A DNA stretch of 64,000 nt, taken from the NCBI GenBank assembly GCA_965240325.2, contig OZ251240.1, forward strand, positions 930,001-994,000. Direction: 5' to 3'. The translations under genes and the position numbers were made by a program. The notes under the pieces are model-generated. The model saw only the letters and a list, made by a program, of their open reading frames with translations, did no database searches and was not told the DNA's origin. Below, in pieces: positions 23,824 to 36,941 of the stretch; the first letter of the stretch is position 1; each line of letters opens with the position of its first letter. This DNA is from Rebecca billardiae RCC1528 (taxonomy: Eukaryota > Protista > Haptophyta).

Positions 23824-25548
23824 ATGGGTGCGGCAACCAGCCGTGACTCGCCGCCCGCGAAGGCCGGGGCCTCGTCCACCAGCTCCTCGCGCTTCGTCGT
23901 GTACATCGACACGCCGCCCAAGCCACCGCCGCCGGATCCCACGCCGACCAAGCGCCCATTGCACCAGCGCGCCGCGCACGGCGCGCGGCTCGCCGTGGGC
24001 AAGCGCACGCAATTCGCGCCCGAGTTTGGCCCGCGTGGCGTCGGCGGGAACGTGGCCCTGCGCACGGTGCACTGCGGCACGCCGCTCCTTCGCGGCGAGT
24101 GGTGGTCCACGCCGCAGTTCGAGGCCGTGGTCAGCGCGTACCGCGAGAACTTCCGCAGCGGCCGCATCCGCGACGGCCGCTCGCAGTTGTGCATGTACCA
24201 CAAGGGGCAGAAGGTGGTGGACGCGTTCGGCGACGCGCTCGGGAAGGGCGACGATTACGACCGCGACTCGCTGCAGGCGATCTTCTCGTGCTCCAAGCTC
24301 GTCTCCGCCATCGTGTTCGCCTGGCTCCGCGACCGCGGCCACATTGACTACAACGCCAAGGTGAGTAAATACTGGCCCGAGTTTGGCTCGCACGGCAAGG
24401 AGGACGTGACGGTGTCCGACCTGCTCAAGCACGACGCCGGGATCCCGTGGCTCGACGAGAAGGTCCCGGGCGAGCTCACCGTCGGCACCGAGCGCCTCGA
24501 CGAGCTCGCGAAGCTGCTCGCCTCGCAGAAGCGGCTGTACCCGGCGGGTACGCGCGTGTATCACGCGGTCATCCAGGGGCCGCTGCTCAACGAGTTCGTG
24601 CGCCGCGCGGACCCGAAGGGGCGGATCCTCGCGGACGTGTTCCGGCAGGAGATCGGCGAGCCGCTCAACGTCGACGTCTACTTCAACCTCACCAAGGAGA
24701 TGGCCGCCGCGCGGCTCGCCAACTCGTACGAGCCGTCCAAGCTCTGGACTGACTGGAACATCAAGGCCGCGTATGCGACGACCGGCTGCTTCCTCGGCTC
24801 GGACCAGCCCGGGCTGCAGGCGGTGCTGGACACGCAGCGGGACCTGAACTCGGTGTACAACCTGGCGAGCAGGCCCGTCGCCGCCGACCACACCGCGACG
24901 GACGAGCAGAAGCGCGACATCTTCATCAACACGCCGTGCATGTGCGCTTCCAACGGGATGGCCTCCGCGCGCGGCCTCGCCAAGCTGGGCGCGATGCTGG
25001 TGAACGGCGGCGAGGTGGAGGGCGTGCGCATCCTGAAGGAGGCGACGGTGCGCGAGATGTGCAGCGACCTCGATCTGCGCCCGGACGCCTTCTTCGACGG
25101 CGCGGAGATGGGCTGGACGAAAGGCGGCATCTGTGCGCGCACGCGCGCGCGCCACGCGTCATGAGCGCGCGCCTCGCGTCATGAGCGCGCGCCTCGCGCG
25201 CACCTCACGCCCTGGCGCGCGCTCCGTGCGGCGGCAGATCGCTGGGACCACTCGGCCAAGGTGTACGGCATCCGCGACGGCGCGATCGGCTGGGCCGGCC
25301 TCGGCGGCTCGTGCCTCATCCTCGACATGGAGAAGGGCCTGGCGACCTCGTTTGCGACCGTCTCGATGCGACACCCGGCCACGACCGAGCTGCGCTGGGC
25401 GCCCTTCTTCTCGGCCGCCTACTCCGTGATCGAGCAGGAGCAGGCGGCGAAGTGGAAGGCGACGGCGGCGGTGGCGCTCGCGCTGTTCGTGCGCAAGGGC
25501 CCGCAACACGACAAGCGGCTGGCCGCCGCTGCGCCGCGTGTGCTGTGA
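23824..25548 (+). CDS. Beta-lactamase-family (class C / EstB-like) serine hydrolase
   Basis: IFSCSK (SxxK), KYWPEF..KEDVTVSDLLKHDAG, RVYHA, ASARGLAKL and, after intron 25133-25237, GWAGLGGS. Confidence 0.9.
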
Positions 25549-26026
25549 GAGTTGCCCTCGCGGCGCTGGCCCTGGCTGCCCTGCCAGGCCGATGCGCGCA
25601 CCACGCGGTCGGCCAAGTGCCAACCAGCACCGCCCCGCGGATCATGGCGTGCCGATAAATGGCACGGGCGCATGCAGCTTTGGGCGTCGGGCAAGGGGCC
25701 TGGCCGACGCCCTCGATCACCGCCCATCGATCTGCGATCGGTGCCGCCGCCGTCCTAGTGCACTGTGCACGACCGGGCCGACCCGGCGACGATGCCGCTT
25801 GATTGCTACGATGAATGGGGGGCATCAGAACGGTCTGAGTAAAGCTAAATGGTTACGAAACGTAGCCACGGAGGGGGCCGCGGTTCCTCAGCAGCAGGCC
25901 CGGATTGGTGACGTCATATTTTACGGTTGCGATATTCCTACTCGGCGCGCGGCGAAACTTGATCGCCCGCACCAAACGCGCCGACACCAACGCGGCCACG
26001 AGGATCGCGTGCCGCGTGCCCTTGGG

Positions 26027-26964
26027 ATGAGCACTCACGCGCGTTGGCTCCCTTCGCTCGTGCTTCTCGCGCTGGCGAGCAGGTCGTCTGTGCTGGCGGG
26101 GACTCCGTCACCGCCGCCGAGCCCTCCCCCGAGCCCGCCGCCATCGCCACCGCCGCCGTCGCCACCGCCGAGCCCGCCGCCGCCGCGCCTGCCACCGTCG
26201 CCGCCGCCAAGCCCGCCACCGAGTCCACCGCCTCCGCTCCCTCCTCCGAGCCCTCCTCCGCCAACCCCTCCGCCGAGCCCGCCGCCGAGCCCGCCACCGC
26301 CGAGCCCGCCGCCGAGCCCGCCGCCGAGCCCGCCGCCCTCGCCGCCGCCGAGCCCGCCCCCAAGCCCGCCCCCGCCTTTGCCGCCGCCGAGCCCGCCGCC
26401 GAGCCCGCCGCCGAGCCCGCCACCGCCGCTTCCGCCGCCGAGCCCGCCGCCGCCGAGCCCGCCACCGAGCCCGCCGCCGAGCCCCCCTCCACCATCGCCG
26501 CCACCGAGCCCGCCACCGAGCCCTCCGCCGCCGAGCCCGCCGCCATCGCCGCCGCCGAGCCCCCCGCCCAGCCCGCCGCCCAGCCCGCCGCCCAGCCCGC
26601 CGCCCAGCCCGCCGCCGAGCCCGCCGCCCAGCCCGCCGCCCAGCCCGCCGCCAAGCCCGCCACCGAGCCCGCCACCCAGCCCGCCGCCCAGCCCGCCGCC
26701 CAGCCCGCCGCCCAGCCCGCCACCACCGAGCCCGCCGCCCAGCCCGCCGCCGAGCCCGCCGCCGCCGAGCCCGCCGCCGAGCCCGCCGCCGAGCCCGCCC
26801 CCGCCGAGCCCGCCGCCGAGTCCACCGCCTCCGAGCCCCCCGCCGAGCCCGCCTCCCAGCCCACCGCCGCCAAGTCCGCCGCCCTCCCCGCCCCCGCCCT
26901 CCCCTCCGCCTTCCCCACCGCCGAGCCCACCGCCGCCGAGCCCGCCGCCGAGCCCGCCGCCGCC

Positions 26965-27008
<44 letters not shown>

Positions 27009-27077
27009 CGCCGCCCACACCGCCGCCGCCCCCTTCGCCGCCGCCATCCCCGCCCTCGCCGCCCCCGCCGCCCCGCC

Positions 27078-27111
<34 letters not shown>

Positions 27112-29003
27112 TGCCGGTGCGCAGCCCACGGGCTCGTCCTCCCCTGGGGACACGTCGCCGCCGCCGCCGCCGCTCCCGCCGGCAGTTACGCTTCTCCGCG
27201 CCTCGGTCGCGCAGCTGCTGGTGGAGGCGCAGCTGTGGGGCCGGCGCAGCGCGCTCACGGACGCGCTCGAGCTGCGCCGGTCGTACGGCGCCGCGCTCGA
27301 GCTCGAGCTCGAGGTGCCGCCGGACGGCGTGGTCAGCGTACGCCCGGTGCTCACAGACGATGCGGCGGGTCGCGTCGAGGTGGGCAGCTGGGCGGTGCTC
27401 TGGCCCGACGCCGTCGCCGCGCTCGAGGACGAGCTGCGCGAGGCGGACGAGGCCGCCGGCGACGACGACGACCGCGAGTTTGCGCCGATCGGCGCGCGCC
27501 GCGCGCGCGCGCTCGAGCGCGCGCTCCGCGCCGTGCGCGCGCGCAACGAGCCGCCGCGCTCGCGCTGGCTGCCGACGACCAAGGCCACATCCTTTGTGCG
27601 CGCGGACGCGCCCAGCGGCGGCGCGCCCATCTTGCTGCTGGTGCTGGAGGGCGTGGAGCGCCCCGCGGACGACGGCGACGACGAGAGCGGCGGCGGCGGC
27701 GGCGCGCGGCGCGCGCTCAGCTCGGCGGCCGACGTGGCCGCGCCGCAGCCGCCGCACGGCTCGGCGCCGCGGCGGCGCCTGCAAGCCGACGCCGACGCCG
27801 ACGACGCGGTCGGGCGCGTGGCGTTTGAGGTGAGCGAGGCGGAGCAGGAGGGGAGCGTCACGCTGGAGGCGGCGGTGGGGCTGGGCGCGAGCGTGTCCAC
27901 GCTCGCCGCCATCGTCGCCGCGGCGTCGGCCGCCGCCGGCGTCGTGGTCGGAGTCGCGGCGGGCGGCGGCGCGGCGACCGCGGGCGCAGGCGTGGGCGGA
28001 GGCCCCGGCAGCGGCGTGGGCGGCGGCGGCCCGGCGGTGGTCGGCGCCGCGCTGCTGCTCTCGCAGCTGCAGTTCATGCACGTGCTCTCCTTCGCCAGCG
28101 TGCCCCTCCCGCGCGCGTACGTCGCGTTCATGTCCACGCTGCGCTGGGCCAACGGCTTTCTGCTGCCGGGCGGCCCCTTCTCCTGCGGCACGCGCGTGCC
28201 CGCGGCCGCGTCCGCGCCGACGCGCGCCATCGTCGCCGACCCGGCCGAGCACGCGCACCTGTACCGCGCGCTGGGCTCGTCGGGCGAGACGGTGGAGGGG
28301 CTGTGGTCGAGCCACGTGCGCACGCTGCTGCTCGCGTTCGGCGCCTCGCTCGGCGTGAGCATCGCCATCCACCTGTACTGGACGCGCCAGCTGCGCGCCG
28401 CCGTGCCCGCCACCCTCGCGCCGCCCAAGTTGCAGGCCGCGGTGGGGTTCGTGCTGTGGCCGGGCGCTGTGCTCGCCGCGTCGCTTGTGTTCACGCTGGG
28501 CGCGTGCGAGGCCGGGTACGTCGCGGGCGCCGCGCTGGTCTTCGTGCTCTCCCCGTGTGCCTTCTGGGCGTGGGTCCTCGGCACGCAGCTACTCACCGTC
28601 CGCCCATCGCCGCACCTCGAGTTCCGAAAGTACGACTTGAAGCGACTTACGGCGCTCCTGCGCGGCTGGCGCAGGCGCGACCCGCTCGGCGCGTACGGCG
28701 ACGGCGGGGCGGAGGAGGAGGACGCCGCGGGCGGCGCCGAGGCCGGCCGCGCGGCGCGGCGCGGCGCGCGCGCGCGCGGCGGCGCCTGCGGGTGCGGTGG
28801 GCTGATCGCTGCTTACAAGCGCGCGGCCAAGGCGGCTGAGCTGATTGCTTACTCGGGCGAGTGGCTGCCGACTGACGCGGCGGAGGAGGAGGCGGCGGCG
28901 GCGGCGGCCAAGGGGCGCGCGGCGGCGGCGGCGGTGCGCGAGCGCGCGCGCTCCGTCAGCAGCCGGCTCGGCGGCGGCGTCACGCGCGGCGGCAGCTGGG
29001 TGC

Positions 29004-29051
<48 letters not shown>

Positions 29052-30424
29052 TGCGCATGACACGCGCGCCGCCGCCGCCGCCGCCGCCCGCGCCGCCGCC
29101 GCCGACGCCGCCGACGCCGAGCGGCGCCGGCCTTCGCGCGGCCGAGGGCGGCGCCGGCTTTGCCCTCATCGACCGCCTGGGCCTCGTGTTCGACCAGCGC
29201 ACGCGGCCGCTGATGCTGCACCTCCCGCTCGAGATGGCCCGGCAGGCGGCGCGCACCGCAGTGCTCATCGGCGCGCCCGGCGCGGCGGGCGGCGTGGCGG
29301 CGGGCGGCGTCGTCATCTGCCTCGAGGCGGCGGACGCACTACTCGTCTTCGCACTCCGGCCCTTCGTCTCGCGCGCGCAGAACCTTACGCGCGGCCTGCT
29401 CGCGCTCGCGCGGCTCGCGCACGTGAGCGTGCTCTTTGGCGGCGCGTGGAGCGGCCTCGAGCCCACGGGCACGGCGGTGGCGTCGCTCGTGCTGCAGCTC
29501 CTCGCCCTCGCCGCGCTCTCGCTCAGCGCGCTGCTCGCCGTCGCGGCGGAGGTGCGCGTCGCGGGCCCGCGCGCGATGCTGCGCGCGAGCGCGGCCGCTG
29601 AGCTCGCCGCCGCCGCCGCGGCGGGCCCGGAGCGCGCCGCGCTGCCCGCCGGCCTCAGCACGGCCGCGCACGCGAGGCTGCTCTCCACAGCGGTCGGCGT
29701 GCTCGCGCTCACCTACCCGCCTGGCGGCGCGGTCGTCCTCGCCGCCGTCCGCTCGGACTATGTGCGCGCGTACCGGCGGCACGGCGCGCCGCACCCGGGC
29801 GCACGCTCCGCGCTCGGCGAGGCGGTGGGCGCGCTGCGCGCGCGGCTGAGCTGCGCGGCCGGCGCGGCCGAGGCGGCGCGCGCGCGCCGCGCCGCGGCGT
29901 ACGGCGGCGACGCACTCGCCACGCGAGCGGCGCACGAGGCCGCGCTGCTGGCCGTCCAAGCCGAGCTCGTCCGGCGCTGCCGGGAGCGGTGGCGCGTCGA
30001 GCTCGAGCCGGAGCTCGCGCGCGCGCGCGCGCAGCCCACGGCCGCGGCGGCGCACGCGCTCGTCCTCGGCGCGCTCCACGCCGTCCTGGAGGCTGAGCTG
30101 TCAGACGCGGTGCAGCTGGCAGCCGAGATGCGCGGGCTCGACTCGGGCGTGGCGTCCGCCCTCGGCGAGGCGCTCGCGCCGAGGCTCCACCGCGTGTTTG
30201 ATCGCTCGCTGCGGAAGGAGGCGCGCGCGGCGCTCGCACTCGTCGCGCCGCCCGGCCACGAGCCGCCGGCCGAGCTCTTGGCCGCACCTGCGGCCGAGGA
30301 CGCGGCGCGCGCGAGGGGCACGCGCACAGCCTCGCTGCGCGAGCGCGCCGCCGCCATGCTGCGCCGGGGCGAGCCGGCCGCAGCCAGCGGCGGTGCGCGC
30401 GCGAGCGGCGGTGCGCGTGCGTAG
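26027..30424 (+). CDS. Large surface membrane protein: signal peptide, extensin/pherophorin-like SPPP stalk, C-terminal multi-TM region (TRP_C/FLC-like)
   Basis: MSTHARWLPSLVLLALAS signal peptide and ~330 aa of SPPP(P) repeats. LSQLQFMHVLSFASVPLPRAYVAFMSTLRWANG plus several TM helices and LRPFVSRAQN resemble FLC/PKD2-like TM modules. Single ORF. Confidence 0.75.
26101..27110 (+). repeat. Coding tandem repeat (CCGCCGCCGAGC-type, Ser-Pro3/4)
   Basis: 12-15 bp units visible throughout. Confidence 0.95.
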
Positions 30425-30456
30425 GTCGAGGCCGCGGGGCAAGGCTGCCAGGCAGG

Positions 30457-30620
30457 GTCCTCGGGTGGGCCTGATATGCCCTCGCCCGTCGACGACGACG
30501 GCGATGCGCTGCCGTTCTGACTACGTTCTCATCACGCGCAAATAACGAATGATGAGTTGCTGCTGTCGTCGATGGCGTCAATCACCGGGCCAGCGAGTCG
30601 TAGTGATATCGAGGCCCGCC
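30457..30620 (+). repeat. Diverged direct duplicate of 43137-43290
   Basis: GGGTGGGCCTGAT..CTCGCCCG..GACGACGAC..GATGCGC.GCCGTTCT..CATCACGCG shared by both loci. Confidence 0.8.
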
Positions 30621-31594
30621 CTTGCGCTGCCGAGCAGTGCCTCCTTATGGCGCACGGCACCCCCCGATAAGGTCTGAGCGTGAGCGAAAGCCGGGGGGGC
30701 GGCGCACGACGCGCACGTGCTGACGTGCTCCGCAAAATCAAAAGAGAGGATGCGCGCAGGATTTATTGGGCCGGATAGTGCGGGCAGCACCGGGCCGCGA
30801 CAAGAAGACGTTCGGTGCGAACTTCATGCCGCGCACATCATCGAGCGGGGGCTGCGGTGCTGCTTCGGCGAGCGCGTCAGCTGCACCTCCGGCCGAGCGA
30901 CTAGTCGACGCAAACGACGACGCGCGACGCATCGAGCTGTTCCAAGCAGTGCCATTGGCGCTAGTGGCAGCGGCGGGCTGTACACGCTGACGACGTAGCG
31001 AGGCGTGAGGTGGTGGTCCACGCCACCGTCGTACCGCGTCGCCTCGCGCACCCCGAGCGCGCGCGACGAGCTGTACGGGCTCGGAAGCTGACAGCATCCC
31101 CGCGCCCGGCGCCGCGACCGCCGGACCCGCGCAGGCCCGGGGCCCTCTCGGAGAGCTGATTTTCGTCCGCGCGCTTTATTGCTGAAGTCGCGCTGGTGAG
31201 CTCAGACGCCGGCGCATACTCCGCCGGCGCTAGTCTGTCGCACCCCTTTTGTTCCGAGTCGCTGAGACCGCGCCGATCGTCACTGATAGTTTTGAATTTC
31301 TGTTACGCCAGTGTGACCAGCCCGCACTCGGACGCACTGTAGCTGTAGCATTCTGCATTGTCGTGCCGTGATTGATAAATTTGATGATTCGGTGCCACGA
31401 CTCAAGCCAACGCGACAACTTAAACTACTACCAGTCAGAGGCCTACCAGGGCCGTGCGCCCTCAACTTCGTTGTTTACTACCCGAAGATCGGCGTAGCCG
31501 ATCATTATAGTCCTGCTTGAATCAGTCGGCCGGCCTGCTCATTGTTATTGTCAGACTCAGAGCCTGCTCATGCTGCTGGCTGGCCCTGCTGCTG

Positions 31595-31950
31595 CGGACC
31601 GCCCACGGCGGCGAGCCGGAGCCCCGGTACGTGGCGCGGCAGCAGCCGGCAGCTGAAGATGATGCGCCCTTGGCCTTGGACTTGTTGCGACGGCGCAGGC
31701 GTGTGCCCGGCAGCCGCGCGTCTGGAGGGCTTCGGTTCTAAATCGGTTCAGCCTTGGCCAGGCCGCGCTCGGCCTGGCAACCGTCCGCTGCACCGGCGCG
31801 CGCTCCGTGCGCGATCGGCGAGTGGTTGGTGGGTGTCGCGCTCACGACTCATCAGCGCTCGCACTCGTCGCACGCACGTCGGAGAGCAAGGCCGAGAGCA
31901 GGAGGGCGTCCCAGCCAGCTGCTGCACGAAGAAAGCCGGTCAGCTGCATG
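31595..31950 (+). pseudogene. Decayed duplicate of the 5' end of the kinase gene (homologous to ~43455-43715); may extend to ~32510
   Basis: Shared blocks GCCCGGCAGCCGCGCGTCTGGAGG, GTTCAGCCTTGGCCAGGCCGCGCTCGGCC, CAACCGTCCGC, CGCGATCGGCG, GTGGGTGTCGCGCTC and AGCTGCATG, separated by small insertions that destroy the frame. Confidence 0.8.
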
Positions 31951-33210
31951 GGCCATTTGGCGCGCCTCGGGCGGCGCGTCAGGTCAGCAGGGCTTGTAGC
32001 CATCCGTGCGCGGTCGGCGGTAGTAGAGACGTCGAGGTCCCATGACTGGCATGCGCGACCAGACGCAAGCGTCGACGTGCGCAGCGCTCCCAAGGCCGCA
32101 TGCGGGCTTGACAGCCGTGCGCGGGCGCTTTGTGAGGGCAAGAAGAGCCGTAGGCAGCAATCGCGCCGCCTCGTTGACGCCCTCGCCGTCCTCTCTCAGT
32201 CAGTCTCTGCGCGCAGAGACCTGCTGTAGAATGGCAGGCGCAGCTCTCGAGAGGAGGCCGGCCAGTGTCCGACGAGCGTGATGGCCGCGCGTGCGCCTGG
32301 GGGCATTCAAGGTCGGCGTTTTCGTCGCTTCTGTTCGATGGGCATGAGAGTACTCAACATCACTGCCTCGCCGCGTCAGCCATGCCGACATCGGTCGGAC
32401 CGCACACACGCACGCGACAGCTGGCAGGCCAGCAACCGGTTGAGACGGCGGCTCCCAGGAGCACAAGACACGACAACGAACAAGGCTGTCGACGAGGAGA
32501 CCGCAGTGCGAGCAAAATGAGGCCACGCCAGACATGCGTATCGGTCGGTCGCGGGACATTCGCCGTTGGTGCGCGATTTTAAAGCGCGCCTATGAACCGC
32601 CGATATCCGGAAGAGATTCGTTATTGACGTGCCACTTTGCTAAGCGCGGTTATGGCAACCGAGGGCAGTAGTTATGGGTTGAACCACTTTAACCCCCGCC
32701 TGTACCGGGCTTGTTATCGCTGCTGAATTACGGCCGCCCTTGGCTGAGTATGATAAAGGGTCGTTGATTATGACGAGAGCGGGCCGACGGCCCTTGACGG
32801 CACACGATGGTACTAGGAGCGGCGCGGGCCGTTGATACAAAATGTACCCGCGGGAAAAAGTAGCCTGTTCAAATTGAACCCCCTTCCTGCTTGGCTCAAT
32901 CATAGGAAGCAAGGCAACAAACTGAAAACGTTCCCCGATCTCCCCGCGCGGGGAACGCGCCTGAGAAGCTTGGCAGGGGCCCAGACCCCTCCGGAGGAAT
33001 CGTGCTCGGCTGAGGTCGCGGCTCCGCTGGTGAGCGGCTGAGGTCCAACCGCGACCGAGGTGGTCCAACCTACTTACCTCGAGCACGATTTCTCCGGAGG
33101 GGACTCGGGCGGCGGCCCACATCGCTGCAAGGCCGAGAGTGCCCAACTCGGTGGTGGTCACGCACCCTTGGCTCGGGCGCCCTTGGCTCATCACCTCGTG
33201 TTGGCCTGCG

Positions 33211-36200
33211 ATGCGCGTCCTCGTGGCGGTGGCGCTCGGCACCTTCGTCACCCTCGCGTTGCTCAGCGCGTCTGACCCGGGTCTGGCCCACTTGCCTGCC
33301 CGCTCCATCGGACGTGCGCTCGCCTCGATCACCGGCACGAGCGGCGCGGACACGCTCACCGGCGAGGACGGTTCTGCAGCGACGCTCGCGAGCGTGTCGC
33401 CGAGCAATCTGTACAACGCCATCAGCGGCCTCGAGGGCGACGACGCGCTGTACGGTGGCAACGGCGGTGGCTCCGCCTACGATGGCCGGTTCGGCCAACA
33501 CGTCATTAACAACATCACTGGCGGCGATGGCCAAGACTTGCTTGTGGGTGGCGACGGTGGCAACTCCACGAGCGCGGACGCAATCGGTGGTACGGTTGAG
33601 AACTACCTCTACGGTGCGGGCGCGCGCGCTCGCCTCCAGCCGAGCCCCATGCGATCGCCGAGCGCACGCCGCGTACGCCTGACGCTCGATGCGCCGCCCG
33701 CGCCTCAACGTGCCCGTGCGCACCGTCGCGTGCGCAGGCGAAGCTGGAGATGACACCATACGGGGCGGGAGCGCAGGCAGCGCCGACCAAGCCGACAAGA
33801 GGGTGGACGGCGGTGAGGTACTGAACGTGCTCGACGGTGGCGAGGGCGCGGACACGCTCATCGGTGGGGATGCCTCCGAGAACGCAGCCGTGCGCAACTA
33901 CATCTTCGGCGGCAGCGGCGACGACACCGCTTCCGGCGGCGGGACGGCCGCTGCCGTCGATGCGGACTTCGAGCAAGCCTCCACGGTCAATAAAGCATAT
34001 CTCGGGGCGGGCAACGACGTCTTCGTCGGCGGCACCGTCGGCCCCGCCAGCGGCAGCGACGTCCCAGCGATCACGCCCGCGGGCGAGGTGTACAACCTTG
34101 CCCAAGGCGACGCGGGCGACGACCTGCTCATCGGCTCAGACGGCGGCAACAGCTCACTCGACGCGACCAGCAACGTGAACAGGAAGGGCGCCACCGCGAC
34201 AAACTATTTCTATGGCGGCTACGGAGCGGACACGCTCGTCGGCGGCAACACCGGGCACGTCACAGGAGACGGCGGTATCGGCGGCGACGCGCTAAACTAC
34301 CTGCATGGCTTTGCCGGCAACGACGTCATCAAGGGCGGCTCGAGCCCTGAGACAGGGCTGGCGAGTAAGGCGTACGCCTTCGGTGGCAGTTTGACGAACC
34401 ATCTGTACGGCGATGGGGGCGACGATGTCATCGTCGGTGCGCGCCGCGCCGCGCCGCGCCGCGCGCGCCCGTGCAGCGCCCGCCGCAGCGGCTGCCTGCA
34501 ACGGTCTGTCTTAAGCGTGCGTGCCCCCTTCCCCTCGCGCGCGCTCGGCCGGCCTCTTTTGCGCGCAGGCGGCGATTCAGGCGCAGCGACTGGCTCGTAT
34601 GCGTACGGCGCCTACGTCTACAACTACATGTGGGGTGGATCGGGCAATGATGTCATTCACCTCGGAATCGCTGGGAACTCGCACGGCACGAGCACGGATA
34701 CGGATGTGTATGAGCCAGCCCAGGGCACGTACGTGTCGAATGAGGTCTACGCCGGCGACGGCGACGACACCATCACCGACGGTGCGCATCGCGTGGCACA
34801 GCCCCGCACCTTCCCGTGCGGCGCCCAATCGCCAGCGCGCTTTGACCCGCCCCTCGCCCGAGTTCACCCGCCCCTCGCCCCGCCCCTTCCCCCGTGAGCG
34901 CGCGCGCGCAGACGGGCGTCATGGTGGCGACGCCACCGGCTCCTATGCCTACTTTGACACTGAGGTCACGTATGACCATCTGTATGGCGAGGGCGGCCAT
35001 GACACGATCACCGTCGGCAATGGTGGCGACGGGCGGGGCGACTGGGTGTACGGGCTGAACCGCTACGTCTACGCGCACGGTGGCAACGGCGAGGACACCA
35101 TCACCGTCGGTGGCGGAGGCGACGCCGCCGGCTACTACGCATACGGCGGCTATCTTGCGGCCTACCTGTACGGCGACGACGGGAACGACGTGATCATCGG
35201 CACGAAGGGCGGGGGTGACGCCGAGGGGTACGCAACGTATGGCGGCCGTTCGTACACCACCGCGTACGGCAGCGACGGCGACGACAAGCTCCTCTTCGGC
35301 GACGTGCACGGCGGCTCTGCAGACGGCGATTACGCGGAAGGCGGTTCCGCCTACGTGTACTACGCGCACGGCGATGCTGGCAACGACGTCATCGAGTTCG
35401 GCGACGCTGGCAACGGCACGAATGAGGGCGTTGGCGGCAACATGTATATCTACAGCCTGGACGGTGGCACGGGCGACGACCACATCACCATCGGCGGCGG
35501 CGGCGCTGGCCTCGGCGGCGATGGCACCGGCGGGAAGCTCGCCGCGACTGCCTACTCGCAGGGCGGCAGCAACACCTTCATCGCCGGTGGCGGCGGTGCC
35601 GCGAAAGACGCGGGGTACGGCGGTGGGGCCACCGTCTCCTTCCACTCGTATGGCGCCGGTGACGACGTCGCTCACTTTGGCGGCGGTGGTGACGCGACGA
35701 GTGCTAGTGGCTGGGCCTACGGCGGCAGCGCCTCCCAGACTGCGCACCTGTACGATGGCGTGAATGAGGCGACCTTCGGCGGCGGCGGCGACGCGCGAAC
35801 CTCCAATCCGACGGTCTCCTACGCCTACGGCGGCAGGACTGACACCTTCTTCTACGGCGGCGACGACCGCGACACGGCCACGGGCGGCGCGGGCGGTGCC
35901 GCATCGGGTACCCTCGCGTACGGTGGTCGCGCCACGCATACCTTCACGGGATACGGAGGCGACGACGTGCTGACTGGAGGCAGCGGGGGCCGTGCCAGCG
36001 GCTCGTATGTCGGAGGCGGCCACGTGTCCAACTACCTCTACGGCATGGATGGTGCAGACGTGCTCGTCGGCGGCAGCGGCGGCAACGCCGACGGTTATGA
36101 ATACTCGTACGGCGGCGCAGTGAACAACTACCTGAGCGGCGGCGCTGGCGACGATCTGCTGATCGGCGGCGATGGCGGCAATGCGACGGCTGGTGCCTAC

Positions 36201-36941
36201 GTGTACGGCGGCATCGTCAAGAACACGCTGGTCGGCGGGGACGGTGACGACCGCCTGATCGGCGGCAACAGCGGGTTCGGCAAACTCGCCGGCGAGGTGT
36301 ACAACGACCTGGACGGCGGCGCCGGGAACGACCGGATCGAAGGTGGCAAGGCGGCAGGCCGGCTGTACGGCGGCGACGGAGACGACTACATCATCGGAGG
36401 CGCCGGCGACGAGAAGATCTACGGCGGTGCTGGCTCGAACAGGCTGATCGGCGGCGCTGGGTACGACATCATCAAGGGCGGGCGCGAGTACAACTACATC
36501 GACACGCGCGACGGCGAGGTGGACAAGATCTACACCTATTCGAAGCAGGATGTGCTGCGGTACGACCCTGGGCTCGACATCATCGTGGGCTTCACCTCGC
36601 CCACGTACTGCAAGCGCGGCCCGTGGTTCCGCTGGTTTGTGAGTCCCCAATGCCGCGAGGTTCTGCGCAAGCGCATCGTGCGCTCGACGGGCGGCTACAT
36701 CTGCGACGCCTTTGACATCGACATCGGTCACCAGGGCGGCTGCGACGACGACCGCCGGCGCCAGCTCGCCTCCTCCAAGACCGCCGCCGAGCGTGCACAC
36801 CGGGCGGCAGCCGTCCTCGTCACGCTGAGTGCCCTCGTCGCCCTCACGGCGGCGGTAGTGATCATCGCCGCTCGCCGCCTCGGGCGTGCGGCTGCCTGGA
36901 CGAGCTCGGACGCCCAGCCTCTCGAGCCCATGCACGTCTGA
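33211..36941 (+). CDS. Secreted/membrane-anchored RTX (hemolysin-type Ca2+-binding) repeat protein
   Basis: Signal peptide MRVLVAVALGTFVTLALLSA. More than 20 GGxGxDx(L/I)xG repeats. Introns 33614-33737, 34437-34568, 34782-34911 keep frame. C-terminal Cys-containing segment and TM AAAVLVTLSALVALTAAVVIIAA. Confidence 0.88.

Noticed and set aside
19041-25548. RecQ + methyltransferase + beta-lactamase as a prokaryotic defence operon or contamination
   Set aside because: Divergent orientation, a spliceosomal intron in the beta-lactamase gene, host-like spacers, and a methyltransferase lacking DNA-MTase catalytic motifs.
30630-31220. Coding-like GC segment inside the duplicated region
   Set aside because: Absent from the other duplicate and may be an insertion, but no boundaries or protein family could be supported.
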